Source: an uncultured Planctomyces sp. (GTDB taxonomy: Bacteria; Planctomycetota; Planctomycetia; Planctomycetales; Planctomycetaceae). From it: a stretch of DNA of 64,000 nucleotides. Numbering within the stretch: the stretch's first letter is position 1; every line of letters starts with the position of its first letter. The DNA is taken from the NCBI GenBank assembly GCA_937899075.1, contig CALDJX010000209.1:5019-69018 (forward strand), given 5' to 3'. The notes beneath the pieces are model-generated. The model saw only the letters and a list, made by a program, of their open reading frames with translations, had not been told where the DNA came from and searched no databases. Of the stretch, positions 51,678 through 60,614 are shown piece by piece. Position numbers and translations under genes: made by a program.

Positions 51678-53450
51678 ATGACTTCCGACGTCTTCCAACC
51701 AACGGTGTCCGCAAAGAATCTGCGCACAGATTCCGGACACGCTGTGTGGTCGGTAATCGTTGTGAGCCTGTCTGTTCTGACCGTTGCGTTACTGGCATAT
51801 TTCTACCGACACACCGCTGTCGATCTCGAACTTCGCTGGCGGATCGATCCTTCATCCTCCCACGGATACCTGATTCCGCTTGCTGCGGCGTGGCTGTTTC
51901 GACGTCGCTGGTTGCTGACGCCGGGCATCGACCATCAAGGCGTCCCCAGGTCGGAGTTTGCTTGTGGCATCGCGGCGATCGTCACCGGCGTCGTGCTGCA
52001 TCTCGTCGCGGCGCTGACGACAGCAGTCTCATTGGATGGCGCAGGTCTGGTTCTTCTGGCGTTCGGGCTGCTCTGGTGCTGGGGAGGCCGAACGGCGGCC
52101 AGAAACTTCGGGCCTGCGATTCTGTTTCTGATCTTCATGGTGCCTCTGCCTTTTGCCTGGCAGCAACCGGTCGGAGAATTTCTTCAACACTTCGTGAGTG
52201 CCACCTCTGAAGCAGCACTCGGTTTGTGTGGCCTGGTTGTTCATCGGGAAGGCTACATTCTGCATCTGCCGGGCCACGTTCTGGAAGTGGCCCAAGGCTG
52301 CAGCGGCATTCGGCAAATTACCGTCTTTCTGGGAATCAGCGTCTTCCTCGGGCTGATCGGCGGCAGCCGCTTTCATGCGGCGACAATGCTCGCCTTTTCA
52401 ACTCCGATCGCCGTTCTGGCCAACACCCTTCGCATCACAATGACCGGTTTGATCACCTGGCACCTCGGCCCCGCATGGGCCACCGGAGTGCTGCACGACC
52501 TCGAAGGGTTGATCACCGTCCTGTTCGGCCTGGCCATGCTTTGGTGGCTTTCGAAATTGATCACCAGCCTGCTGTCAGGCGACGAAGCGTCTCCGAAGCT
52601 GCCGACTTCCCGCCCAGACGAGGCATCCGGGACGAACGAAAATTCCAAACCTGCAACCACAGGAGCGGTGGCCGCCGTTCAGCCGGACTCTGATCATCAA
52701 CAGTCTGACGATCAGCAAAGAGCCCTTACGACCGGACTGCCGCTCGCAACGCGTCTGTCGATCATTGTCGGAATCATGCTGTTTGCCGCGGGCGCGGATT
52801 CGCTACTGCAAAGGTCCATCGCAGAAGTCGGCGCCGCTCCGGCGACGCCGCTCGTACAGCCGCTCAGCAGTTTTCCGGAAACGATTGGTGACTGGATCGG
52901 CACCGACACTCCCGTCGAACGCGATTACTTTCTCTACGGCGACGATCACCTCCATCGAACCTACGTCAATCGTAAGACTCGCCAGGCAGTGGCCGTGTGG
53001 ATGGTCTACACAACGGACGGCCGCGACCGAGGTCACAACCCGGAAGTCTGCATGAGATCTGCCGGTTGCCAGGAATCTCTCGACAAGAGAACCACCGTTG
53101 ATCTGCCTGGCGAAGGGGCACCGGCCGAACGTTTTTACTTCCGTCAGCAAAGCGGTCGCGCTGGCGAATGGGTGACCTACTGGTATCACGTGTTTGAACC
53201 GTCGATCAACGATCGAATCCAACCTTCCGCGACCGCAAAGCTCGTCGAACGTTTTATGCGAGTTCGCTCCGGGGTAACCGTCGAGTTGTTTTTCCCTGAA
53301 CAGACTGAAGCCGACGTCGCCGCTGCTGATGAATTTGCAAAGGGCATCGAGTCGAGTCTGACAGAGTTGCTGCCTCCCGACACGCGACGGGATTCACGGC
53401 GCAAGTCATTCCTCATGGTCACCGACACGGTGATTCGCGACGCCGAGTGA
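51678..53450 (+). CDS. Exosortase (EpsH/Xrt family) fused to an EpsI-family domain
   Basis: Multi-TM N-terminal half with the active-site-type motifs VAQGCSGIRQ and LANTLRITMTG. This is followed by a linker, an extra TM segment and an EpsI-like C-terminal half (DRGHNPEVCMRSAGC). Confidence 0.8.
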   Translation: MTSDVFQPTVSAKNLRTDSGHAVWSVIVVSLSVLTVALLAYFYRHTAVDLELRWRIDPSSSHGYLIPLAAAWLFRRRWLLTPGIDHQGVPRSEFACGIAAIVTGVVLHLVAALTTAVSLDGAGLVLLAFGLLWCWGGRTAARNFGPAILFLIFMVPLPFAWQQPVGEFLQHFVSATSEAALGLCGLVVHREGYILHLPGHVLEVAQGCSGIRQITVFLGISVFLGLIGGSRFHAATMLAFSTPIAVLANTLRITMTGLITWHLGPAWATGVLHDLEGLITVLFGLAMLWWLSKLITSLLSGDEASPKLPTSRPDEASGTNENSKPATTGAVAAVQPDSDHQQSDDQQRALTTGLPLATRLSIIVGIMLFAAGADSLLQRSIAEVGAAPATPLVQPLSSFPETIGDWIGTDTPVERDYFLYGDDHLHRTYVNRKTRQAVAVWMVYTTDGRDRGHNPEVCMRSAGCQESLDKRTTVDLPGEGAPAERFYFRQQSGRAGEWVTYWYHVFEPSINDRIQPSATAKLVERFMRVRSGVTVELFFPEQTEADVAAADEFAKGIESSLTELLPPDTRRDSRRKSFLMVTDTVIRDAE

Positions 53451-53650
53451 TTTACCTCGCCGACGGCGTGATGAACCTCCAGATTCGCCAGCCTGATCCC
53501 GAAGTCTTTCGCCGTTTGCCTCGATGCTCGACCAGAGAACGGGAACTGCTCGCAGTTTGCGCGAGGCAAATCCCCCAACCGCTGAATCCCGCAACGGTTC
53601 TTTCAGCGGCAAACTTTTTGTGACCGATACTTTGCTGGTTGAAAGACACT

Positions 53651-53665
53651 TGGGTTCGTTCCTGC
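53651..53665 (+). promoter_or_regulatory. Weak sigma54-like -24/-12 candidate upstream of fliD
   Basis: TGGGTTCGTTCCTGC has GG and GC at the correct 10-nt spacing, 42 nt before the fliD ATG. Both the -24 and -12 blocks deviate from the consensus (TGGCAC / TTGC). Confidence 0.25.
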
Positions 53666-53706
53666 GCGCCGAACTTCTGTCACGATTCACTAGCCAGTAA
53701 ATCACC

Positions 53707-56442
53707 ATGTCTTCCATTCGATCCACCGTCGGGCTGAACAGCGGAATCGACATCGCTGGGATCACTTCCCAGTTGATCTCGCTTCAACGCGCGCCCGCTC
53801 GAGTGATGGAAGCGCGGATCGATGGTTACAAAGGGCTGAAACTGGGCATCGATGCCCTCGAAACAAACGTCCTGCAGATCTCGTCTGCCGTCTCTGCTTT
53901 GAAGCTGCCGACAACGTTTCAAGCCGTTTCTGTTACGAATTCTGACACAAGTCAGTTGACGGTTTCGGCCAATTCAGACGCGACACTTGGTTCGTACGCT
54001 TTTCAAACATTGAGACTGGCCACGGCGGAACAGCGAACATCCAAAGGGTTTGCGAATTCTGACCAGCAGAAAATCGGAGCCGGGTCGCTCACGTTTTCGC
54101 AGGGCGGAAAGCTCGCCACCTCGACTCGTCTCGACACGTTTAATGGCGGGGACGCCGTGCAGCGAGGCTCGATCAAAATTACCGACCGCTCCGGCACGTC
54201 AGCCACCATCGATCTGACCAAGGCGTACACGATCGACGATGTCCTGGCCGCGATCAACGACGAAAACAGCCTGTCGGTAACCGCCAGCACGTCCGGCGGC
54301 CAGATCATTCTCAACGACTCGTCGGGCAGCACGACATCGAATCTGATCGTGGAAGAAGTCGGCAACGGCACAACGGCCGCAGACCTGGGCATTCAACAAT
54401 CGGTCGCGGCTACGACTCTCTCCGGCAGCGAAGTTTACTACCTGACGGAAGATTTCACGCTCGACCAGCTCAACGATGGTAACGGCGTGTTTCAGTTCGA
54501 CGGCGCAGACGACCTCAGGTTCACAACAACTGACGGCACGCAGATCGACGTGAATCTTGACGACGTCTTCAATCTCGGCGAACTGGTCAGTGCCGTCAAC
54601 GACGACGAAGCGAACGCTGGCAAGCTCACTGCGGCACTTTCAAACGGACGGCTCGTTCTGACGGACAACGCAGGCGGAGGCGGTACGCTGACCGTCCAAG
54701 ATATAAACAGTGGAAACTCAGTCGAAGCTCTTGGCTTCGACAACGCCGCGGTTGGCAACACGCTGACCGGCGATCGATTGCTGGCCGGACTCAGTTCAAA
54801 GTTGATTCGCAACCTGAACGGCGGTCAGGGAATCACAACGCCTGGCACCATCACGGTGACCGACCGGTCGGGACTTACGGCAACTCTTGACTTCAGCACC
54901 GCCGAATCACTGGATGAAATTCTTACTGCGATTAACGGAGCCGTTGACGACACAACGAGCGACGCATTGTCACTGACCGCGCGGTACAACAGTCTTGGAA
55001 CCGGTATCGAAGTTGTTGACTCATCCGGCGCGACCGCCAGCAACCTGATCATTGCTGACGTTGGTGGTGGCTCCGTGGCAGCCGATCTTGGCTTGACGGT
55101 CGATGCCGCGCAGACGTCGGTCGACTCAGGTTCGCTCAGCGTTCGTCGAGTCGGTTCCCAAACTTTGTTGACCGACTTCACCGCCGATGGAGAAGCCGTC
55201 GACTCCGGATCGTTCCTGATCACCGACTCCGCAGGAAACCAGGAATCGATTTCAATTTCAGGTTCATCGACAACGATCGGCGACGTCCTGCAGCGAATCA
55301 ATGCGGCGTCCATCGTTCAGGTGACCGCCCGCCTGAACGACACCGGCGACGGGTTCGTTATCGAGGATACCGCGGCAGGAGCAGGCACGCTGGCCATCGA
55401 AGAGGTTGGTGGCACGACGGCAGCCGATCTGAGGATTCTCGGTTCGGGAGTTGTCGGCGGCAGCGGAAATCAGGAGATCTCTGCTCAGGACCAGACAGTC
55501 ATCACCATCGACGCCGACGACACGCTGGACACATTGATCACCAAAATCAACGACGCCACGCTGGGCGTGAGCGCCGGCGTTATCAACGACGGATCGGCGT
55601 TCAATTCGTTTCGACTTTCGTTGACGTCAGACAACTCCGGTTCCGATGGTCAATTCACCATCGACTCGGGAAACCTGAACCTCGGCTTCACAATCGCCTC
55701 GGAGGCTAAGGACGCGTTGCTTCAGGTTGGCTCAAATCCGGCGACGTCGTTTCTGATTGCGTCAAGCACCAACCAGTTTCGTGACGTCGCGACAGGCGTC
55801 AGTATCTCTGCCAGTGAAGTCGGAACCAGCGCCGCAAATGTCGAAATTACTCGCGACAACTCACGAGCCCGCAACGCTCTGAAATCGCTGGTCAGCGCAT
55901 TCAACTCGTACATCACCACGACTGACACACTGACGAAGTTCGACGAAGACCCGACCAAGCGAGGCCTCCTGCAAGGGCAGGGGATTGTTCTGCGAGTGAC
56001 TACTCGACTGACCAATCTGGTCAACAAGAGCTACTTCGGAACCAACGACACGTTGCAGAGCCTGGCGAATCTCGGCATCAGAACCACGGACGGTGGAAAG
56101 TTGAAGTTCGACGAATCGGTCTTTGACGACGTCATCGAAGCGACACCCGACGCCGTGCAAACGTTCTTTCGCGACGAAAACAATGGTGTCGCGAAGAAGT
56201 TTGAGACCACACTGGAAACTCTGACTGACAGCTTTACCGGCACGTTCACAAACGAAAAGAACGGTCTGCAGAATTCGATCAACACACTGGAAGCGAGAGT
56301 GGAACAGATCGACGAAATCCTGGCCATCCGTCAGGAACGACTGCTGCGGCAGTTCATTCAGATGGAAGAAATCATCGGCCAACTTCAATCGCAAGGCAGC
56401 GCGCTCACCGCGTTATTGGGGACCGGCTCATCGGGCACGTAA
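53707..56442 (+). CDS. fliD: Flagellar filament cap protein FliD (hook-associated protein 2), expanded form
   Basis: The N-terminus GLNSGIDIAGITSQLISLQRAPARVMEARIDGYK is FliD_N-like. The C-terminus LGIRTTDGGKLKFDESVFDDVIEATPDAVQTFF...LEARVEQIDEILAIRQERLLRQFIQMEEIIGQLQSQ is FliD_C-like. The length is 911 aa. Confidence 0.85.
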   Translation: MSSIRSTVGLNSGIDIAGITSQLISLQRAPARVMEARIDGYKGLKLGIDALETNVLQISSAVSALKLPTTFQAVSVTNSDTSQLTVSANSDATLGSYAFQTLRLATAEQRTSKGFANSDQQKIGAGSLTFSQGGKLATSTRLDTFNGGDAVQRGSIKITDRSGTSATIDLTKAYTIDDVLAAINDENSLSVTASTSGGQIILNDSSGSTTSNLIVEEVGNGTTAADLGIQQSVAATTLSGSEVYYLTEDFTLDQLNDGNGVFQFDGADDLRFTTTDGTQIDVNLDDVFNLGELVSAVNDDEANAGKLTAALSNGRLVLTDNAGGGGTLTVQDINSGNSVEALGFDNAAVGNTLTGDRLLAGLSSKLIRNLNGGQGITTPGTITVTDRSGLTATLDFSTAESLDEILTAINGAVDDTTSDALSLTARYNSLGTGIEVVDSSGATASNLIIADVGGGSVAADLGLTVDAAQTSVDSGSLSVRRVGSQTLLTDFTADGEAVDSGSFLITDSAGNQESISISGSSTTIGDVLQRINAASIVQVTARLNDTGDGFVIEDTAAGAGTLAIEEVGGTTAADLRILGSGVVGGSGNQEISAQDQTVITIDADDTLDTLITKINDATLGVSAGVINDGSAFNSFRLSLTSDNSGSDGQFTIDSGNLNLGFTIASEAKDALLQVGSNPATSFLIASSTNQFRDVATGVSISASEVGTSAANVEITRDNSRARNALKSLVSAFNSYITTTDTLTKFDEDPTKRGLLQGQGIVLRVTTRLTNLVNKSYFGTNDTLQSLANLGIRTTDGGKLKFDESVFDDVIEATPDAVQTFFRDENNGVAKKFETTLETLTDSFTGTFTNEKNGLQNSINTLEARVEQIDEILAIRQERLLRQFIQMEEIIGQLQSQGSALTALLGTGSSGT

Positions 56443-56482
56443 TCACGCTCGGCAACCTGGAACAGTGGGCGATCTCAGAACA

Positions 56483-56863
56483 CTACTCGCTGCAAGTCCC
56501 GCCGCATGATGGAGTGTCGTCCGAAGTTGCCTCGTCTGACGTTGGCTCTTTCTTGTCGTGAATCTGGACTTCGATCATGCCGGCTTCGACGCGGACCGGA
56601 TAGCAGTCCGTTTTGATCTTTGGATTGTCAAGCCACGTGCCGTCTTTCACGCTGAACCGCCAGGCGTGCCACGGACAACTGACCGCGTGATCTTCGACGT
56701 AGCCGCTGGCCAGCGACGCTCCCATGTGAGGGCAGAAATCGTTCATCGCGAAGTATTCGCCATCGAGCAGGTAGATGCCGACCATTCGGCCCTCAACGGC
56801 AAATGAGCGACCTTCGCCTTCGGGAACGGCTCCCTCTTTGGCAACTTTGAAGAAGTTCGACAT
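56483..56863 (-). CDS. Rieske [2Fe-2S] ferredoxin-type protein (NirD-like)
   Basis: CPHMGASL and CPWHAWRF (CxH ... CxxH ligands). 126 aa. Confidence 0.85.
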   Translation of the reverse strand: MSNFFKVAKEGAVPEGEGRSFAVEGRMVGIYLLDGEYFAMNDFCPHMGASLASGYVEDHAVSCPWHAWRFSVKDGTWLDNPKIKTDCYPVRVEAGMIEVQIHDKKEPTSDEATSDDTPSCGGTCSE

Positions 56864-56917
56864 TCCGTAATTCCGTCATTCGGTTTGAGCGTTCGACAGC
56901 CAGTAAGCAGTGCAGAT

Positions 56918-57412
56918 TCAGGACTCTTCGTGAGCCGACCTGCCGTCCGTAAGTTCCGCGACGTCCGACGAGTCCGATCCTTTACCCTTTCGCAGATACC
57001 AGAGCGGATCGCCCGGGTGCTGTTCGGGCAACGGTTCGCGAGTGAGCATTCGAATTCGCCGTGCCCACAACGCAACAAGAATAATCAGCACGAGAAACAC
57101 GATGCAGATCAGGCTGAGCACGAGCAATCCTGCCATCGCCGACTTGCGTGCCGACTCACGCAACCGTTCCGTTTCCTGTCCATCGGTCAGGCGCCGCGCT
57201 GCGTCAGCGACCTCGGTGGATTCCGGATCGGCTTCGTTCGACGGATCGGTTTGCATATCCGCCGGTTCATCCGCCCCATCAGCGGGCTGCCTCGCCACTG
57301 CCTTGTCAGGGCTTTCGTCCTGAGCGACGACGGAGCCTTCGAACCGAAGAACGACAACAGCCGTCAGCAGAACAGCGACCAGCGCTCGCGATCGATAACT
57401 TTGTCGAAACAT
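56918..57412 (-). CDS. Hypothetical single-pass membrane protein
   Basis: Signal-like N-terminus ALVAVLLTAVVVL, an acidic disordered segment, and the TM helix MAGLLVLSLICIVFLVLIILVALW. Confidence 0.45.
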   Translation of the reverse strand: MFRQSYRSRALVAVLLTAVVVLRFEGSVVAQDESPDKAVARQPADGADEPADMQTDPSNEADPESTEVADAARRLTDGQETERLRESARKSAMAGLLVLSLICIVFLVLIILVALWARRIRMLTREPLPEQHPGDPLWYLRKGKGSDSSDVAELTDGRSAHEES

Positions 57413-57481
57413 TATTCGTCCTCGACAGCCCGCCGAGTTTCTTCGGAACCTGACTCTGTACGCGATAGTTTGCCGTCCAGC

Positions 57482-57862
57482 TTACTCTGGTGCCGTACCT
57501 GGCGGAGTACAAAGTTCGATTGCATGGCCATCCGGGTCCGTGACGTAAATCTGGTACGCACCGTCAGGACGAGTCCTTCGTTCCTCGTACGGAATGTTGT
57601 TCTCACGAAAATAGTTTTCCCACTCGTCCATGCTGTCGATCATCAAGGCGTAGTGGTTACCTCGACTGTGCGAGTTCGTGTCGACATCGCGGCCGCCGAT
57701 CAGGTGCAATTCCTGAACTTCGCCGAGCAAATACCACGCTCCCGGAAACTTGAACGCCGGCCGCGGAATTTTCTTCAATTGAAGAACGTTTCCGTAGAAC
57801 TCGCAACTTTTGTCGACGTCTTTGACGTGTAACGCAACGTGGTTCAGTTCAAGAAATTTCAT
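57482..57862 (-). CDS. VOC-family (glyoxalase/bleomycin-resistance/dioxygenase) protein
   Basis: LNHVALHVKDVDKSCEFYGNVLQL ... HYALMIDS ... YVTDPDGHAIEL. Confidence 0.8.
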   Translation of the reverse strand: MKFLELNHVALHVKDVDKSCEFYGNVLQLKKIPRPAFKFPGAWYLLGEVQELHLIGGRDVDTNSHSRGNHYALMIDSMDEWENYFRENNIPYEERRTRPDGAYQIYVTDPDGHAIELCTPPGTAPE

Positions 57863-57985
57863 GACGATTCCATGCTCGTGAATTTCAGACCCGCAACCAG
57901 CGGGGTAACCTGGAGTTTCAGCGCGGCCGAAGCAGCCGCAAAGCTATTTTAGAGGCATCGCCGGTTTCCCGCACCCGATGAATTT

Positions 57986-59476
57986 TCAGCGAGGAGCGAC
58001 CGCTTGAGCGGCCCGCTGAATTTTCTCCAGTGTGGCTCGCGCCGCTTCGGATACCGTCTTGTTCCGGTCGGACAGGCAGTTCTGGATGGCTGCCGCAGCC
58101 GGTTCCGCATGAGCTGCGAGCTGTCCGAGTGTCTCCAACGTGGCCAGTTTCAGACCGTCGTCCTGTGAAGAAAGGTTGTCGGCGAGCAATGGTAAATCGC
58201 CCTTAATCGACGCGCCCATTTGAGCCAGCGCGCCAACAACGGACTGCACCACGGAAGGCTGCGGATCTTTCAACGACGCGATCAACGCCGGCGCGGTTTT
58301 GCTCGCCAGAGGACCGATGGCTCCCAGAGCCTTCGCTGCCGCTTCGCGGAGTTCCTTGTCGGGAGACTCAAGCAGAGCGACGATTCCATCCACATGGGCG
58401 GCGGCAGCGGCACCTATTTGTCCCAGCGACTTTCCCGCCGCAAGCTGAACCGCCTGATACTTGTCAGAAAGAAGTTGGACTAACCCAGCAGCGCCTTCGT
58501 CGGCAGCAGCGCCGATTTTTCCAACAGCTTCGGCCGCCGACCGACGAACACTTCCGCGGCTATCGACCAGCAGGTTCAACAACCGACGTACGGTCGCGCG
58601 TTCGGTGCATCCAACCAGACCTGCCGCCTGTGCCGCCGCGACGCGGACTCCCCAGTCACGATCATCAAGACACCTCGCGATTCCTTCTTCGGCCTCTCGC
58701 GACGCCGGGCCGATGCCACCCAGAGCCTCCATCACTGCCTGACGAAGATCGCGTGATGAGTGCTCGACATAGCGACTCAACGGAACGACCGCTTTCTCTG
58801 CATCTGCTCCCATTTTCCCAAGAGCCTGCGCTGTCGCGACCTGGACGCCGCCGTCGTCATGCTCGAGCTGTTCGATCAGCGTTGGTACGAACACACGAGT
58901 AATCGGACCGATCTTTCCCACCGCGTTGCTGGCAGCTTCTCGAACCGCTTTTTCGTGATGCCCGACCAGACCCATCAACTGCGGCACGACAGACTTTGCA
59001 GCCGGCCCGATTCGGCCAAGTGCCGTCGCCGCGGCAGCCGCCTCTTTAATATGGTCCGAGCTAAGATGACCAGCCACTCGCTCAACGCAGTCAGCTGCAC
59101 CGGAACCAACCGCTCCGATGGCAGTCAACACGGCCACTCGCAATTCGAGAACGGACGATCCCAACTGTTGTGTCAAGAGCTGAAGAGCTGGTGCGGCGTC
59201 GGGACCGACCAGCGCCAGCGCCTTTGCAGCTGTCCGTTGAGCAGGCGGGATCGGTTGAGCCAGCTGCCGCATCGCCGGTTCTACGATGATTCCGCCGAGC
59301 GATTTGATCGCTGCCTGGACGTCGCTCTGGATAATTGGATCAGGTGTTCCAAACAGTTTGAGCAACTGCTGAGCAGCCGATGTCGATCTCGAGTTGCCCA
59401 GCTTTTTAACGGCCTGAACGCGGACGTTCGGCGGCAGAAATTTCGCACCGGCTACCAGCCCGAATATTAAATTCAT
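57986..59476 (-). CDS. HEAT-repeat protein
   Basis: About 12 iterations of the ~31-aa unit (D..VR.AAA.ALG.IG..A..AVP.L...L). The preferred start is Met at 59476 (MNLIFGLVAG). The track ORF extends to 59542. Confidence 0.75.
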   Translation of the reverse strand: MNLIFGLVAGAKFLPPNVRVQAVKKLGNSRSTSAAQQLLKLFGTPDPIIQSDVQAAIKSLGGIIVEPAMRQLAQPIPPAQRTAAKALALVGPDAAPALQLLTQQLGSSVLELRVAVLTAIGAVGSGAADCVERVAGHLSSDHIKEAAAAATALGRIGPAAKSVVPQLMGLVGHHEKAVREAASNAVGKIGPITRVFVPTLIEQLEHDDGGVQVATAQALGKMGADAEKAVVPLSRYVEHSSRDLRQAVMEALGGIGPASREAEEGIARCLDDRDWGVRVAAAQAAGLVGCTERATVRRLLNLLVDSRGSVRRSAAEAVGKIGAAADEGAAGLVQLLSDKYQAVQLAAGKSLGQIGAAAAAHVDGIVALLESPDKELREAAAKALGAIGPLASKTAPALIASLKDPQPSVVQSVVGALAQMGASIKGDLPLLADNLSSQDDGLKLATLETLGQLAAHAEPAAAAIQNCLSDRNKTVSEAARATLEKIQRAAQAVAPR

Positions 59477-59911
59477 CAAACGCTCCCCGTGTGGCCCAAA
59501 GTGCGACTCACTGACCGCTGAAAAACGAGAATCCAGCAACATGAACCGGAAACTCGAAGCATCGCTGGCAGAAAGTGCATCATCAAGGATGCCGAACCGG
59601 CGTCAGCATCGCAACGGTGCCAACACCGCTGGACAATCCGGACCGGATTCATAATTCTGTGCCGTTCCGTTTGTTTTTTCGCAACTTTCCAACGTTTCAC
59701 GTGGTCCAACACGCGGCCTGATCGGCAGAAAACCTGTTCAAAATCAGGCAGATGGACCTCAACACAGTTGGCGGAACACCATTAAACAGGCTTCAAAACT
59801 GTTTAAGATGGAAAGCCAGCGGGCCCGAAGTCGATCGGTCAGAATTTCGATCAACAGGTTGCGAAATGCTCGCAGCAGACTTCAAGACTGTACGATCTGA
59901 GGAAACCAGTC

Positions 59912-60355
59912 ATGCCCACTTGGACCGGAGGTTCCTGCCCCGATTGCGGACAGGACATGCCTGCCAATTTGATCCACTGTCAGTTCTGTAGAGCATTGCT
60001 GAACCCGGACCTGTATCGGAGCGACGTAGAAGTTCCGGCGTTCTTTGAGCTAAAGGAGATCGGCAACGTGATCGACGTCGAAGTTGCGGGATACTACCTG
60101 GTCTGCCCTCACTGCACCGAGGAGTTGCGTATCAACCGCAAATACGCCGGCGTCGGAGTCGCCTGTAAACACTGCAGCGGCCAGTTCAAGATCGACCTCG
60201 CCAGCCCCCGCATCAAAACGAAAGCGTTCTACGCCGCGTGCGGACATTGCGACAAAGAACTGCGAGTCGCTCCAAAATACCTCGGCATGAAAGTCGCCTG
60301 CAAATTCTGCGAAGGCCACGTCCGCGTCCAGACGAGTTCTGAGAGCGTTCGCTGA
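59912..60355 (+). CDS. Zinc-ribbon protein with three CxxC...CxxC modules
   Basis: CPDCGQ...CQFC; CPHCTEELRINRKYAGVGVACKHCSGQF; CGHCDKELRVAPKYLGMKVACKFCEGHV. The last two modules are clear duplicates. Confidence 0.6.
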   Translation: MPTWTGGSCPDCGQDMPANLIHCQFCRALLNPDLYRSDVEVPAFFELKEIGNVIDVEVAGYYLVCPHCTEELRINRKYAGVGVACKHCSGQFKIDLASPRIKTKAFYAACGHCDKELRVAPKYLGMKVACKFCEGHVRVQTSSESVR

Positions 60356-60419
60356 AAGCCGGAGTGCGGCTGAGCGATTCTTTCGTTCGTCGCGTTTGTG
60401 CCGCAAACTCTTTCCTGAG

Positions 60420-60540
60420 TGCTCTGCCACTTACTCGGAAAGAACGGAACGCAGAGGCCACTGAGGCGAGCAGAGGAAAGGAGAACTCTCCGTTCTCTCT
60501 GCGGCTTTTTCCGCTCCGAACTCTGCGTTCAAAATGACAG
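60420..60540. repeat. REP-like 'ctctgcg/cgcagag' repeat patch between convergent genes
   Basis: gaacggaacgcagagg ... ctccgttctctctgcgg ... ccgaactctgcgttc. Similar in style to the patch at ~28800-28835. Confidence 0.4.
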
Positions 60541-60614
60541 CATGGCCACGACACTTTTTAGTGATTACTGCGCAGCAGTCTGAAGATGGTGCCGCCCGAT
60601 CCCCTCTCGACACA

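Noticed and set aside
53579-53620. Hairpin ccgctgaa...ttcagcgg plus T-run as the terminator of the exosortase gene
   Set aside because: The 8-bp stem has a 15-nt loop and a 5-nt spacer before the T-run, 130 nt after the stop. This is plausible but too weak to list as a feature.
53600-53640. Sigma28-type promoter (gaccgata resembling GCCGATAA) upstream of fliD
   Set aside because: No TAAA-type -35 element occurs at the required ~15-nt spacing. The nearest caaacttt is only 4 nt away.
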